From Ostrea edulis (taxonomy: Eukaryota): a DNA stretch of 64,000 nucleotides. Where the stretch lies: positions 42,408,001-42,472,000 of the forward strand of contig NC_079171.1 of assembly GCF_947568905.1 (NCBI RefSeq). Reading direction: 5' to 3'. Each line of letters opens with the position of its first letter. Within the stretch, counting starts at the first letter, position 1. Position numbers and translations under genes: made by a program. Shown piece after piece: positions 23,045 through 34,800 of this stretch. Under the pieces are notes generated by a model. That model had not been told where the DNA came from, did no database searches, and was given only the letters and a program-made list of their open reading frames with translations.

Positions 23045-25238
23045 GGGTTTAAGTGTAAATGCGATAAGGTGTTAGGGTATATATTAGGGTTTAAGTTTAA
23101 GTGGGGTAAGGTATTGGGTATATATTATTAGGGTTTAAGTTTAAGTGGGATAAGGTTATGGGGTATATATTAGGGTTTAAGTTTAATTAAGTGGGGTAAG
23201 GTATTGGGTGTATATTAGGGTAAAAGTGGGGTAAGGTATTGGGGTATATATTAGGGTTTGAGTTTAACTGCGATGAGGTATTGGGGTATATTAGGGTTTA
23301 AGTTTAACTGCGATAAGGTATTGGGGTATATTAGGGTTTAAGTTTAACTTCGATAAGGTATTGCAGTATATATTAGGGTTTGAGTTTAACTGCGATAAGG
23401 TATAGGAGTATATATTAGGGTTTGAGTTTAACTGAGATAAGGTATTGTAGTATATATTAGGGTTTAAGTTTAACTGCGATAAGGTATTGGGGTATATATT
23501 AGGGTTTAAGTTTAAGTGAGGTAAGACATTGGGGTATATATTAGGATTTAAATTTAAGTGAGGCAAGACATTGGGGTATATATTAGGGTTTAAGTTTAAG
23601 TGAGGTAAGACATTGGGGTATATATTAGGGTTTAAATTTAAGTGAGGTAAGGTATTGGGGTTTATATTAGGGTTTAAGTTTTAAGTGATATAAGGTATTG
23701 GGGTATATATTAGGGTTTAAGTGGGGTAAGGTATTGGGGTATATATTAGGATTAAATTTAACTGCGATAAGGTATTGGGGTATATATTAAGTTTTAAGTT
23801 TGAGTGAGGTGAGGTATTTTGGGGTATATATTAGGGTTTATGTTTAACTTCGATAAGGTATTGGGGTATACGCGGGTACGTTAAGGCAGGTTATGAAAAT
23901 TTTTACTGGGATAAAATCCGCGAAACAATGTGACGTCATAATTGAAATACGTGCAATGGATATCACTAAGTAATTCCGATTTTATTTTTTTATTTAAGTT
24001 TTATTTATGCATAAAATAAACCATGCAGCTACTAAGATCCAACGTAATTCGAAATGCTATACTGCTGTTGTGTAATTTCTGTCTGATCGATATGAAAGTA
24101 AACTGATGACGTCATGACTATACATCGAGTGACGTTGACACATGCAAGGAATTTGTTTATATGTGCCATGCAAATATCGACAAAATGTGGAGTATTTGAA
24201 ATATATGACATGGGACATATGGAATATATATGTGAAACGCTGAGAATTTATTGATATTAAGAAGGCATGTTGATATCTTTCATGGACAATTTTGTTTAAC
24301 GGAGAAAACATTCCATTTAGCATGTCGATCCGATTTTCCTCTGTCACAGACTGAAATAAAACTTCAAAAGTAGCACATTAGGCCGCATACTATTAGATAC
24401 TTTTTATACACCGTTTGAAAGGTCATAAACTAATGTACACGGCAATTACTGATAGAATCGTCCGTTAAGGAAACTTTTAAAGAAAACTGCATAGCATCAG
24501 CCATCAGTGCAAAATGTAAAACATGGGCTAGATGGCTTCGTGTTTAAATGTTCAATAATTATTTCTTATTGAAAGTGGTAGGATTCTATCAGTAATTCTG
24601 ATATACTATGGGTGTTTTACCGTCATTATCGCCAGTTAGACCAATATTTAAATCTTGGGATAATGTGTTACTTTTACATTTTCTATTAAGGTACCCCATG
24701 ATCTATTTATAACAATGACGTCATACGGAAACGCATGTTTGTCATGTTGTTATGATACAAAATGTTCTCATGTAAACAACCAAAATAGTTTTTAAGAGTT
24801 AGTAGGTCTTCCTCTCTGTGTAAGACAGATTTTAAAAATTATGCAGTTTACGTGCATAAATGAAGCATGACCTGCCTTAACATACCCGCGTATATTAGGG
24901 TTTAAGTTTAACTGCGATAAGGTACTGGGGTATATATTAGGGTTTAAGTTTAACTGCGATAAGGTATTTGGTGTATATATTAGGGTTTGAGTTTAACTGC
25001 GATAAGGTATTGCAGTATATATTAGGGTTAAGTTTAACTGCGATAAGGTATTGGGGTATATATTAGGGTTTAAGTTTAACTGCGATAAGGTATTTGGTGT
25101 ATATATTAGGGTTAAGTTTAACTGCGATAAGGTATTGGGGTATATATTGGGATTAAATTTAACTGCGATAAGGTATTGGGGTATATATTAAGTTTTAAGT
25201 TTGAGTGAGGTGAGGTATTTTGGGGTATATATTAGGGC
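23045..25238. repeat. 42-bp TTAGGG-containing minisatellite, split by a transposon insertion
   Basis: Unit GGGGTATATATTAGGGTTTAAGTTTAACTGCGATAAGGTATT at 23045-23870 and 24891-25238. Confidence 0.9.
23871..24890. mobile_element. 1020-bp non-autonomous TIR transposon with TA target-site duplication
   Basis: TA|CGCGGGTACGTTAAGGCAGGTTATG...CATGACCTGCCTTAACATACCCGCG|TA; TIRs match 23/25; no transposase ORF. Confidence 0.85.
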
Positions 25239-25804
25239 TGAACTTTGAATGACGTAAAGTATATGATTATATAAAACAATGTCTTTTTATGTACAGTAGT
25301 GTTTCACAAGAAGACTTCTGCCAGGCACCGTTTCCTTTTAACTCTATTACTCTCTTTTGTCATATTAACAACAACAACAACAAAAAAGAACTGGGGAAAA
25401 AACACGGACAAAGATCTTTTTTAAAGTATGATCATGTATCAAAATTGCTGTGAAAGAATACTTATAGAAAAGAAGGACACCTGATGAAGGATTGAAATTT
25501 GCTCCAATAGGAACAATGAAATCTGGTTATATGGGAAACTGAACGAATAGTTATTAATCTCATAAATCAAAAGGGAATACAAAATTTGGAGTAGATCAAA
25601 CACGGATCTCTAGACATGCCAGGCACTCTAGAAGTTAAGAGCATAAGAGGACCAAGGATCTCCTTCTAACGATATCTTATTCCCTTCGTTAGCCATGTGC
25701 AAATTGTTCTTCCTGCACAAGAAATACTGAAAAGTTTGGTCAATGTTTTATTGCTATATCTTCAAACCACAGTCCACCTCTCCAGTGGTTAGAAAGAACC
25801 ATCT

Positions 25805-28800
25805 CTATGCTGTGCATACACCACACGCTTTCGGACAAATTTTAGATTGTTCTTGGTCCAGGCAAGCAGTACTTAGAAATTGAAACTGTTGGCATCTGGG
25901 ATCCGTGTCAATGCAAGGAGGTTTTGTGGTTGTAGTAGTTTGCGAACAAAGTCCGCATGTTTTTGCACAAACCGTAGCCTTCAACGCGTCGACACAAACT
26001 GTCATTACAAAATCGAATTGATGACACCGTGGGTCTGTGTCACAACAACCACTAGGACAAGACGCAGTAGTAGGTGATGTGGTGGTGGGCATAGTGGTGG
26101 TAGTTGTAGGTGTGGGCGTGGTTGTTGTAGTTGTGGTTGTCGTGGTTGTGGGCGTGGTTGTCGTGGTTGTGGGTGTGGTTGTCGTAGTTGTGGGCGTGGT
26201 TGTTGTAGTTGTTGGTGTTGTCGTAGTTGTGGGCGTGGTCGTTGTTGTAGGTGGGGTTGTTGTAGTGGGTGTGGTCTTTATCGTTGAGTGAAATTCTAAA
26301 TTGCATTTAAAGGTGATATTCAAAGTCGTGCAAGTCAGCTGCATTAAACAAAATAGTTTATCTAACACTTTAGTAGCAGCCTACCATGTAGTTTTAAAAT
26401 AAACTTAAAAGTTATCACCGGTAAGAAATATCTTAATATAGGCATATTTCTATAGATGTATATTGTACAATACATGACGTTTATTCATACAACACTTTCC
26501 ACACAAAGGACTCGATGTGAAAATGTTATATTGGCTCAAAGAATACATAGTTACTCACTCTTTATGAAATCACTTAGTGGATCGTTCAGAATTACATTTC
26601 TTGAACAAGACTGGGTAAATAATAGAACCAAAAAATATGTACCTATTTGTCTGTCGCCCTTGTAAAATATATATATAAATGTCTATTGAGAGCTCACGGC
26701 ACATCAAAGGATGATTGGCAAGTTCCTTATACAGTGACATTTCGGTGTATTGAACACAACTATAATGAATTTACGCTTATTGCAAAAATGATATCCATTA
26801 CATATGAGTGGAAAATAGCGAATTTGAATTGTATCTAATAAAGTTTCTATATAATGAACAATTTTCACCGGACTTTGAGGTTCGCTATAATCATATTTTA
26901 CTGTATATTCAATTCAAAAATATCAAGATTTGAAGGATATAGTATACAGTGCATGGTCATTTTTTTAATCAATGAATTCAGCAGTAGGGTGGGGCCATGA
27001 CGGGGGTTACATTTGAATATTTTCATGAGAGTATATAGCGGGAAAACTTTAATCAAGTAGCATGTTCATGATCAGTTATATCGTTTGCAAGAATCTTTCG
27101 TTAATTCAGATTCAAGTTAATTCAAATTCTGGTGGTGGAGGGATGGGGCGTCAAGAGGGAAACAAATTATTATGCTAGAATTGTTTTAAAAACAAAATCT
27201 TACTCTCGAGAGCAGCAGGATAAGGATTTGCTATATTAATATGAACAAGTGAGGATAACTAAAAGTTATCAATCTGATACACCCAATAAAGAATATAAAG
27301 AGAAGGGTAAACACGTTCCCTGAACAACAGTGCTTGGGAGGAGTACGTATCCCTGGTTGACCGGTCACGCCCAACTTGAGCCCTATATCTTGATCAGGTA
27401 AATAGAGCAATCCGTGGTGAAAATCAGTACTAGTATGTAACAATTGTTATGAAATATAAATAAATCAGACGGCATTAGACCTAGTGATAACCACTATTTG
27501 CATTCATATGTCGATTCGTTATATGCCAGCAAAATCGACAGAAGACGTCACAGAGTTCTCCACATCTGCTTCGTACTTATATATTTTATTGAAAATAGAT
27601 ATTAATGGAAAACTTTATTACAATGGGATGGTTTCCGTTTATACATCGTCAACTTCCCATATTTATGGAGCAATATTCCATTATCACATGCATATGAGTT
27701 TTATATATCTCAACTGATTCGATATACAAGAGCTTGTTCTGCGTATGATCAATTTTTAAGTCGAGAAAGTCTACTGACATTCCCGTTTAAAGTCAGCATT
27801 TCGCAAATTCTATAGTCGTTATAACGATTTAGGTCATTGGGTGAAATGCTCTCTGACCTGTTTCATGCCAATTGTTAGGCTTTTCTTGGCACACTAATTC
27901 TGACTACGGATTTCTTCCGTTTACATGATCAAGATACTAGTATAGGGCTCAGTGCGGGTGTGACCGCTCGCGAAAGGGGATGTTCACTCCTCCTACGCAC
28001 CTGATCCTACCTCTAGTATATTCAGGGGTCCGTGATTGCCCAAATCTCTATTTTGTATTCCTTATAAGAGTTACGAGATTGATCACTGTTTGTTATCTTC
28101 ACCTTTTCATCATTATAATGACCATAGAATTTGCGAAATGCTGACTTAAGACGAGACTGTGAAAACCTCTGCAACATTAATTGATTTGGTAATAGCCAGT
28201 CTCAATTTAATAATTGATCACACACAGAGGAAGCTCTTGCGTATCAAATCAGTTCAGAGTCATAAATTCCATGTGTAGGTAATAATGGAATATTGCTACA
28301 CATGTATGGAAAATTCATGGAGAAGCTGAAGTCATCTTGTTTGACATAAAGTTGTGCTGTTAGTCTTCCGCGGGCATCTATGTTCAATAAAATATCCAAA
28401 TATGAAGGAGAGATGGAAGACTCTTTTTTGTCTTTTATTTCGAGTTCACTCGGATATATCGAATCAACAAATGAATGAAAATGATTATTGTTGATGAATA
28501 TAACGTAATCTAAATGTCAATTAATGACCACGGCAATACATTTTTTCTTTTTATGTAGAACATTTTTTGAAGACATCATGTCACAAAAAGCTAAAAACAG
28601 GTCAGTTTATAATGGATCACAATGTATATTCATAGGAATTCGAACAGATTGTGGGAAGACCTGATCACCAAAGAGTAACGTAAATATTGGCAATGAGGAA
28701 CTCATAATCTTTTATATCAATTTCAAAGTACCTTTGCCTAGAATCAGGGTGATGTCTAACAAATATGGTAATAAAGATGGCATTTATGAAGATGAAGAAC

Positions 28801-31800
28801 AGCTGAACTCAGGTGAACATTAAGGTTCATCATAATGGACCTTTTGATAATTGATAAAGCGTCCTCTGCATAGAATGCTACTTCATCTAAATACATGTAC
28901 TATTTTTCGCATCAATTACATGAAGATACAATTGAAAATTAATTTATGATTGAAAATATACATATGCAAGGTGAAGATAACGAACAGTGATCAATCTCAT
29001 AACTCCTACAAGCAATACAAAATAGATAGTTGGGCAAACACGGACCCATGGGCACACCAGAGGTGGGATCAGGTGCCTAGAAGGAGTAAGCATCCCCTGT
29101 TGACCGGTCACACCCGCCGTGAGCCCCATATCCTGATCAGGTAAAAGGAGTTATCCACAGTCAAAATCAGTGTGCCAAGAACGGCGTAACAATCTATATG
29201 ATTATTTATCTATATAGCAGTTGCTGTAGAGCCTGTCGAAGGAACATCTTTACTTCAATATGATTTCTCTTGAATCAAATCCGGAAATGGAAAACTTACT
29301 AGGCATCACATATCCTTTGGCAGTAACGAACCCGTTCACATTTGTGGCAGTGCATGTGTACGTGCCATATGACGTCACATCCGCTGTCAGAGTTAACGAA
29401 GGTTGGTTATTTAGAACTATACCATTTGGAATCGGCCCTAAGTTTCCTGCCAGCTGGAATAAGATGTTAAATGTTGAAAATGAAAGGTCGATAGTTGAGT
29501 TGATAGTAAACAATCGGAGGGCCTTATCAAGGAATAATTTGTGAAAATGTATCCTGACCACCGATATTCAGAGTCAACAACACAAAATATAAAACATAAT
29601 CAAATAATAAAGAAAATATAATTAAACTTTTGTTACATGTACACATCCAACTGAAGAACCCCAAAATAGGGAATCTAAAAAATACTGTACATCATGCTTA
29701 TATCGAATTAAAAACGACTCATTGTGGAATACGATTTATTTTACACATCTTGGATTGAGATTCACTTCGCTATTCAGATGCAATCTTTAGACTCTATTGT
29801 TAATACAATATGGTTAAGTCAATTCAAACTGAATCATACTTCGTTAAACCGGTTATATCCGAAAGAAAACCCATTATTGCACGCATTTTTGCCTTTATGC
29901 AGTGCCTTTCTTTTAAATATCATTTGATTAAAACCCAAGATGGAGAGCAGACAACAACATGAGAAGCAACTTTCAGCCACTCAAGACTGTCTGAGTGACA
30001 CGATACCCTCTCTGTAATGGTGGATTATGCTTACAAAGGACACAAAATTTCATCGAAATATTGCTAGATCTTTTGTGTTACATGTATGTATACGTATGTA
30101 TCATTCAATCAGTGACATCACATTCCTCATAGAAACCTAATTCAATTTCGCGAAATTTTCGGCTGGCACAATTTTTGGGTGCATCTTGAACATTCCCGAG
30201 CAATTTATAGATGTTCGACTCATTTCTGACGTAACAGCCAAGTGTCACGCATACTGTTGACTTCAAGTAAACCCTTAACTGTAAGATAACATTTAGACAG
30301 AGCTAAAGCATTCGTTTCATTTCAGTTCGCATTAAAACAAATTACGAAAATATTGATGCAAGGCAAAACGATAAGAAAATTAAAAGTAAAGTAAAATGAT
30401 TTTCATTTTGGGATTCTAAATGACTGTATGTTCTAATTCAATCAAAAATCACTCTTCAGGGATTTCATGTGATTTTTCTTACATGCTCCTCACTTTCATA
30501 CTCTCCAATGTGTTGTCTCTGACACTGTACAATACCAGGGACGAACAACAGAGTCAGACATGCGATTTGATACATAACCACTTACAGGTTCAAAAGTCCA
30601 TTTAATGGTGCCATTCGTCTTTGGATCCACGCGGCACCGAAGAGTGACCTTAGTGTGCGGATCCACGGTAAAGTTATCAGGTTTTGCGATAAACTGAGGC
30701 TTACCTGTGTCAAGAAAATCATTTATATTGAGTTAATAGTAGATTACAATTATTTGTATTGATGGAAAGGCAGCTTTTTAGAACCTACATTCACAAAATA
30801 TGGAAAACTTTGATGAAAGATTGATTGATTGAATGTATGTATCTTGTTAAATGTCCCTCTCAGAATTTTATTTACTCATATAGAGACGTAACCAATACCG
30901 GTGAAGGGCTTCAAATTTAGGCCTATGCTCGGCGCTTACGGCCAGTGAGGATTCTATAGCGTGCTATGACACGGGGCATCTGTTTTTAAGGTACATGAAA
31001 TCTCCGAGGACCCGTGACATTCACACCTGGTGCCAAGCGTTTGGCGATGGAACTGTCACTACCTATTTTAACGACGTAGGACTGTCGCGGTCGGGATTCG
31101 AACCCTGATCTTCTACATGGGGGATGAACGCTCTACCTCTAGACCACCGCGGTGGTTTTGATTAAAGAAGAGGTAGTTCTGAGCTCAAGGTCCTACTAAG
31201 AAAATAGATAACCAGGGCAGTCATTGTCACCATTTCATGGGGTTTTTCGTACCTTTAACACGAAAGAGTTCCATATGGTTATGACCGTTTTACTACAGGT
31301 AAAATGTACAAGGATTGGAGGAATACAATGATAGCGTACCTAATAACGCCAGTCCACAGAGGCCAATGTTGCAGTAGTCATGGTCGCAACACTCGTTACA
31401 ACTACCAGAATTAGGGAGAGATGGAAATAACCCCAGGCTCTGACACACCTAGAAAAACATATACAGCGAGAAAATGTTAGGGAGAGATGGAAATAACCCC
31501 AGGCTCTGGCACACCTAGAAAACATATACAGCGAGAAAATGTTAGGGAGAGATGGAAATAACCCCAGGCTCCGACACACCTAGAAAAACATATACAGCGA
31601 GAAAATGTTAGGGAGAGATTGAAATAACTCCAGGCTCTGACACACCTAGAAAAACATATACAGCGAGAAAATGTTAGGGAGAGATTGAAATAACTCCAGG
31701 CTCTGACACACCTAGAAAAAAACATACATACCGCGAAAATGACCGCTGTAGCAAGAATCATCCAAAAATAGCTAAAACGAAGACCAGATTATGTAAAAAT

Positions 31801-34800
31801 AAAAAAAATGGAGCTAGAAAAAGTCCATTGTCGCTAGAATAAACAAACAAATAAATAAAGAAACATACAGTTAATGATACACAGGAGCAGCTAACATAAA
31901 CAGGGATAGCTATTATAAGCCAATCTAACTAGAATAAAAAGGTAAAGATAACGAACAGTGATTAATCTTATAATTCCTATAAAGAATACAAAATCAACAG
32001 TAGATGTGGGATAAGGTGCCCAGGAGGAGCAAGCAACCCTAACCCTGCCACACACACCGTGAGCACTATACCTTGATCAGGTAAATGGAGTTATCCGTAG
32101 TCAAAAATCTAGGGTGTGAAGAACGCCTTAACAATTAGTATGAAACACGTCAGATAACATTTGACCCAATGACAGATTGTATTTGTAAATTAGATTAATA
32201 TCACGACCGTAAAATGTGCGAAATGTTGTTTAAACCCCCGTAAAATCGATTTGTTTGTCTCGATTGAAAAATTGACTATACGCAGAACAAGCTCTTGTGT
32301 ATGGAATCAGTTGAGAGATATAAACACCATATCCAGGTGATAATGCAATGTTGCTACATAAATAATGGGAAGTTGACAATGGAGAAACTGAAGTCGAGAC
32401 GAATTTTGTCATAAAGTTGAGTTGTTAGTTTGCCGTTAATGTCTATGCTTAATATCATCCCGTGGGGATCCGGGTTATAATAGGTCCTCAGCACCCCTTG
32501 CGTGTCGTAAGAGGCGACTAAATGGGGCGGTCCTTCGGATGAGACCGCAAAAAACCGAGGTCCCGTGTCACAGCAGGTGTGGCACGATAAAGATCCCTCC
32601 CTGCTCAAAGGCCATAAGCGCCGAGCATATTTTGCAGCCCCATCACCGGCAATGGTGACGTCTCCATATGAATGAAATATTCTCAAGAGGGACGTTAAAA
32701 TTCAATCAATAAATCAATCTGTGCTTAATAAAATATCGAAGTATGAATATGATGTGGAAGACTCTGTGATGTCCACCATTTCTAATTCATTGAGATATAT
32801 CAAATCGACACGTGAATGAAAATGAAAATACTATATACCCCTTATTGGGTCAAATGCTGTCTTGACATGTTTCATATCGATTGTTAGGCCGTTCTTGGCA
32901 CACTGATTTTGACTGCAGATTACTCCATTTACCTGATCAAGATATAGGGCTCACGGCAGGTGTGGCTTGTCGACAGGGGATGTTTACTCCTCCTAGGCAC
33001 CTGATCCCACCTCTGGTATATCCAGGGTCCGTGTTTGCCTAACTGTCTATTTTGTATTCCTGATAAGAGTTATGAGATTGATCACTGTTCGCTGTCTTCA
33101 CCTTTCACAAACATAGCGACAGAAAAAATAGGTTAAGTAGAAAAACAAACAAAGTGAGGAAAGAACAACATTGCTTAAATATACGCAGACATAGTGAAGA
33201 AAATTCTGGTGTAACTAGAATAGAAATATACATGGTGAAGAAAACAAAATGTGGAACAACTGGTGTAACGAAAACGTACACAAATACATCTGAAATAAAA
33301 CCAGTGTGGCTACATAACCAATGTAATTATCTACATCAACATCATTATCTTGATCAACATCAGGTTGAGTATCACTGCCCAAAAAGTATACTACGATTTA
33401 CATATTAAAAATTTTGACTGTGTATTACAACATGTATTGATATGTATCACCTTTGAATTCATACTATATAAACTATCATAGCAACTTCATTATCTAGANN
33501 NNNNNNNNNNNNNNNNNNNNNNNNNNNNNNNNNNNNNNNNNNNNNNNNNNNNNNNNNNNNNNNNNNNNNNNNNNNNNNNNNNNNNNNNNNNNNNNNNNNN
33601 NNNNNNNNNNNNNNNNNNNNNNNNNNNNNNNNNNNNNNNNNNNNNNNNNNNNNNNNNNNNNNNNNNNNNNNNNNNNNNNNNNNNNNNNNNNNNNNNNNNN
33701 NNNNNNNNNNNNNNNNNNNNNNNNNNNNNNNNNNNNNNNNNNNNNNNNNNNNNNNNNNNNATAAGAAAGTTTTTTACCCGTTTCCTCTGACATCCCAGGT
33801 GAAACCTTACTTCTCCTGTCGCATGGTTTGTCACCTTTTCTGTAAAACATTGCTGGAAGAGGATAACAAGACATTAAAAAATATATCTGACATTACTGAA
33901 GTCCATTCCGAAACTGATATAATGTAATTTTTTTTTTTTTTTTTTTTTTTTTACATTTCTATCCAGTCTTGATTTGATTTGTCAAATGCTTTTAATATTC
34001 GTTTAAGTTCTTGATATTTCTCCTACAATCTAACAAAACGTTTTGTCTTAGTGTGCCATAATTACGGTAGGAACATATGTTTCACAACATTACCTCATCC
34101 AAGCCGCAATAACCGGTAGTCCTGCAATCCTCTGGATTTATGACGTCATCACACTGATAACATTTAGATTCCGGTCGGTCACCTTTTAACAGAAAACTTT
34201 ATTGATAATTGTTGTTCCGCGAGAGAATGCAATCCCCATTATACCTTCTGCAATCTTATCCACACCCTACATTAGCGAAATGAACGAATTAAATTAAGAA
34301 ATAAAATATCATTTTTAAATGTTATTGGGATATGACATGAATTTGGTCACGTAATCAAATCATATAGATTTGATCACGTACCAACTTCAAAACTAGGAAC
34401 AATATCACAAAGAATATAAGATATAGATATTTAATTGAAAAGGTTTGAAAAAGACAAAACAGGTGTATAATAAAGGTAATTTAGAGCGCAAAGTTAACTG
34501 AAATGAAGACAAGAAGAGCGGAGTAAACTACATCAATGATGTGATTTGGTCGCGATCAGCGATGGAGAAACTGGTGTTGGTCTAGCCTACTATGTTGAAA
34601 ACGCAATTGTTGAACACAGATTTCGACAGAAATTCAAAGGATCTGAGAGAACTGATGGAGGATATGATGGGCCAAGTTAACGTTAAACTCTTAGTCAGCT
34701 TTTTGGAAAGAAACAACGGCATGTTCGTTAGGACTTGCGGTTGTAGCCATGCAGGAGATGATTCGAGACAGTAGGACAGAATTAGACAAAGAGCAGGTAG

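Noticed and set aside
23045-25238. TTAGGG motifs as a telomere or interstitial telomeric array
   Set aside because: Only one TTAGGG per 42-bp unit, never (TTAGGG)n.
26037-26306. Poly-Val and His/Asn-rich ORFs
   Set aside because: Alternative frame and antisense readings of the Thr-rich mucin exon.
33319-33374. Possible acidic exon (DTQPDVDQDNDVDVDNYI) in gene 3 intron 6
   Set aside because: Phases (2 in, 1 out) do not fit the flanking phase-0 junction, the donor is weak, and the LU domain is complete without it.
34540-34800. GC-richer coding-like stretch antisense within gene 3 intron 4, ending in CAG|GTAGG
   Set aside because: Stops in all frames and no family I can recognise; probably a decayed transposon fragment. 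A translated search would decide.
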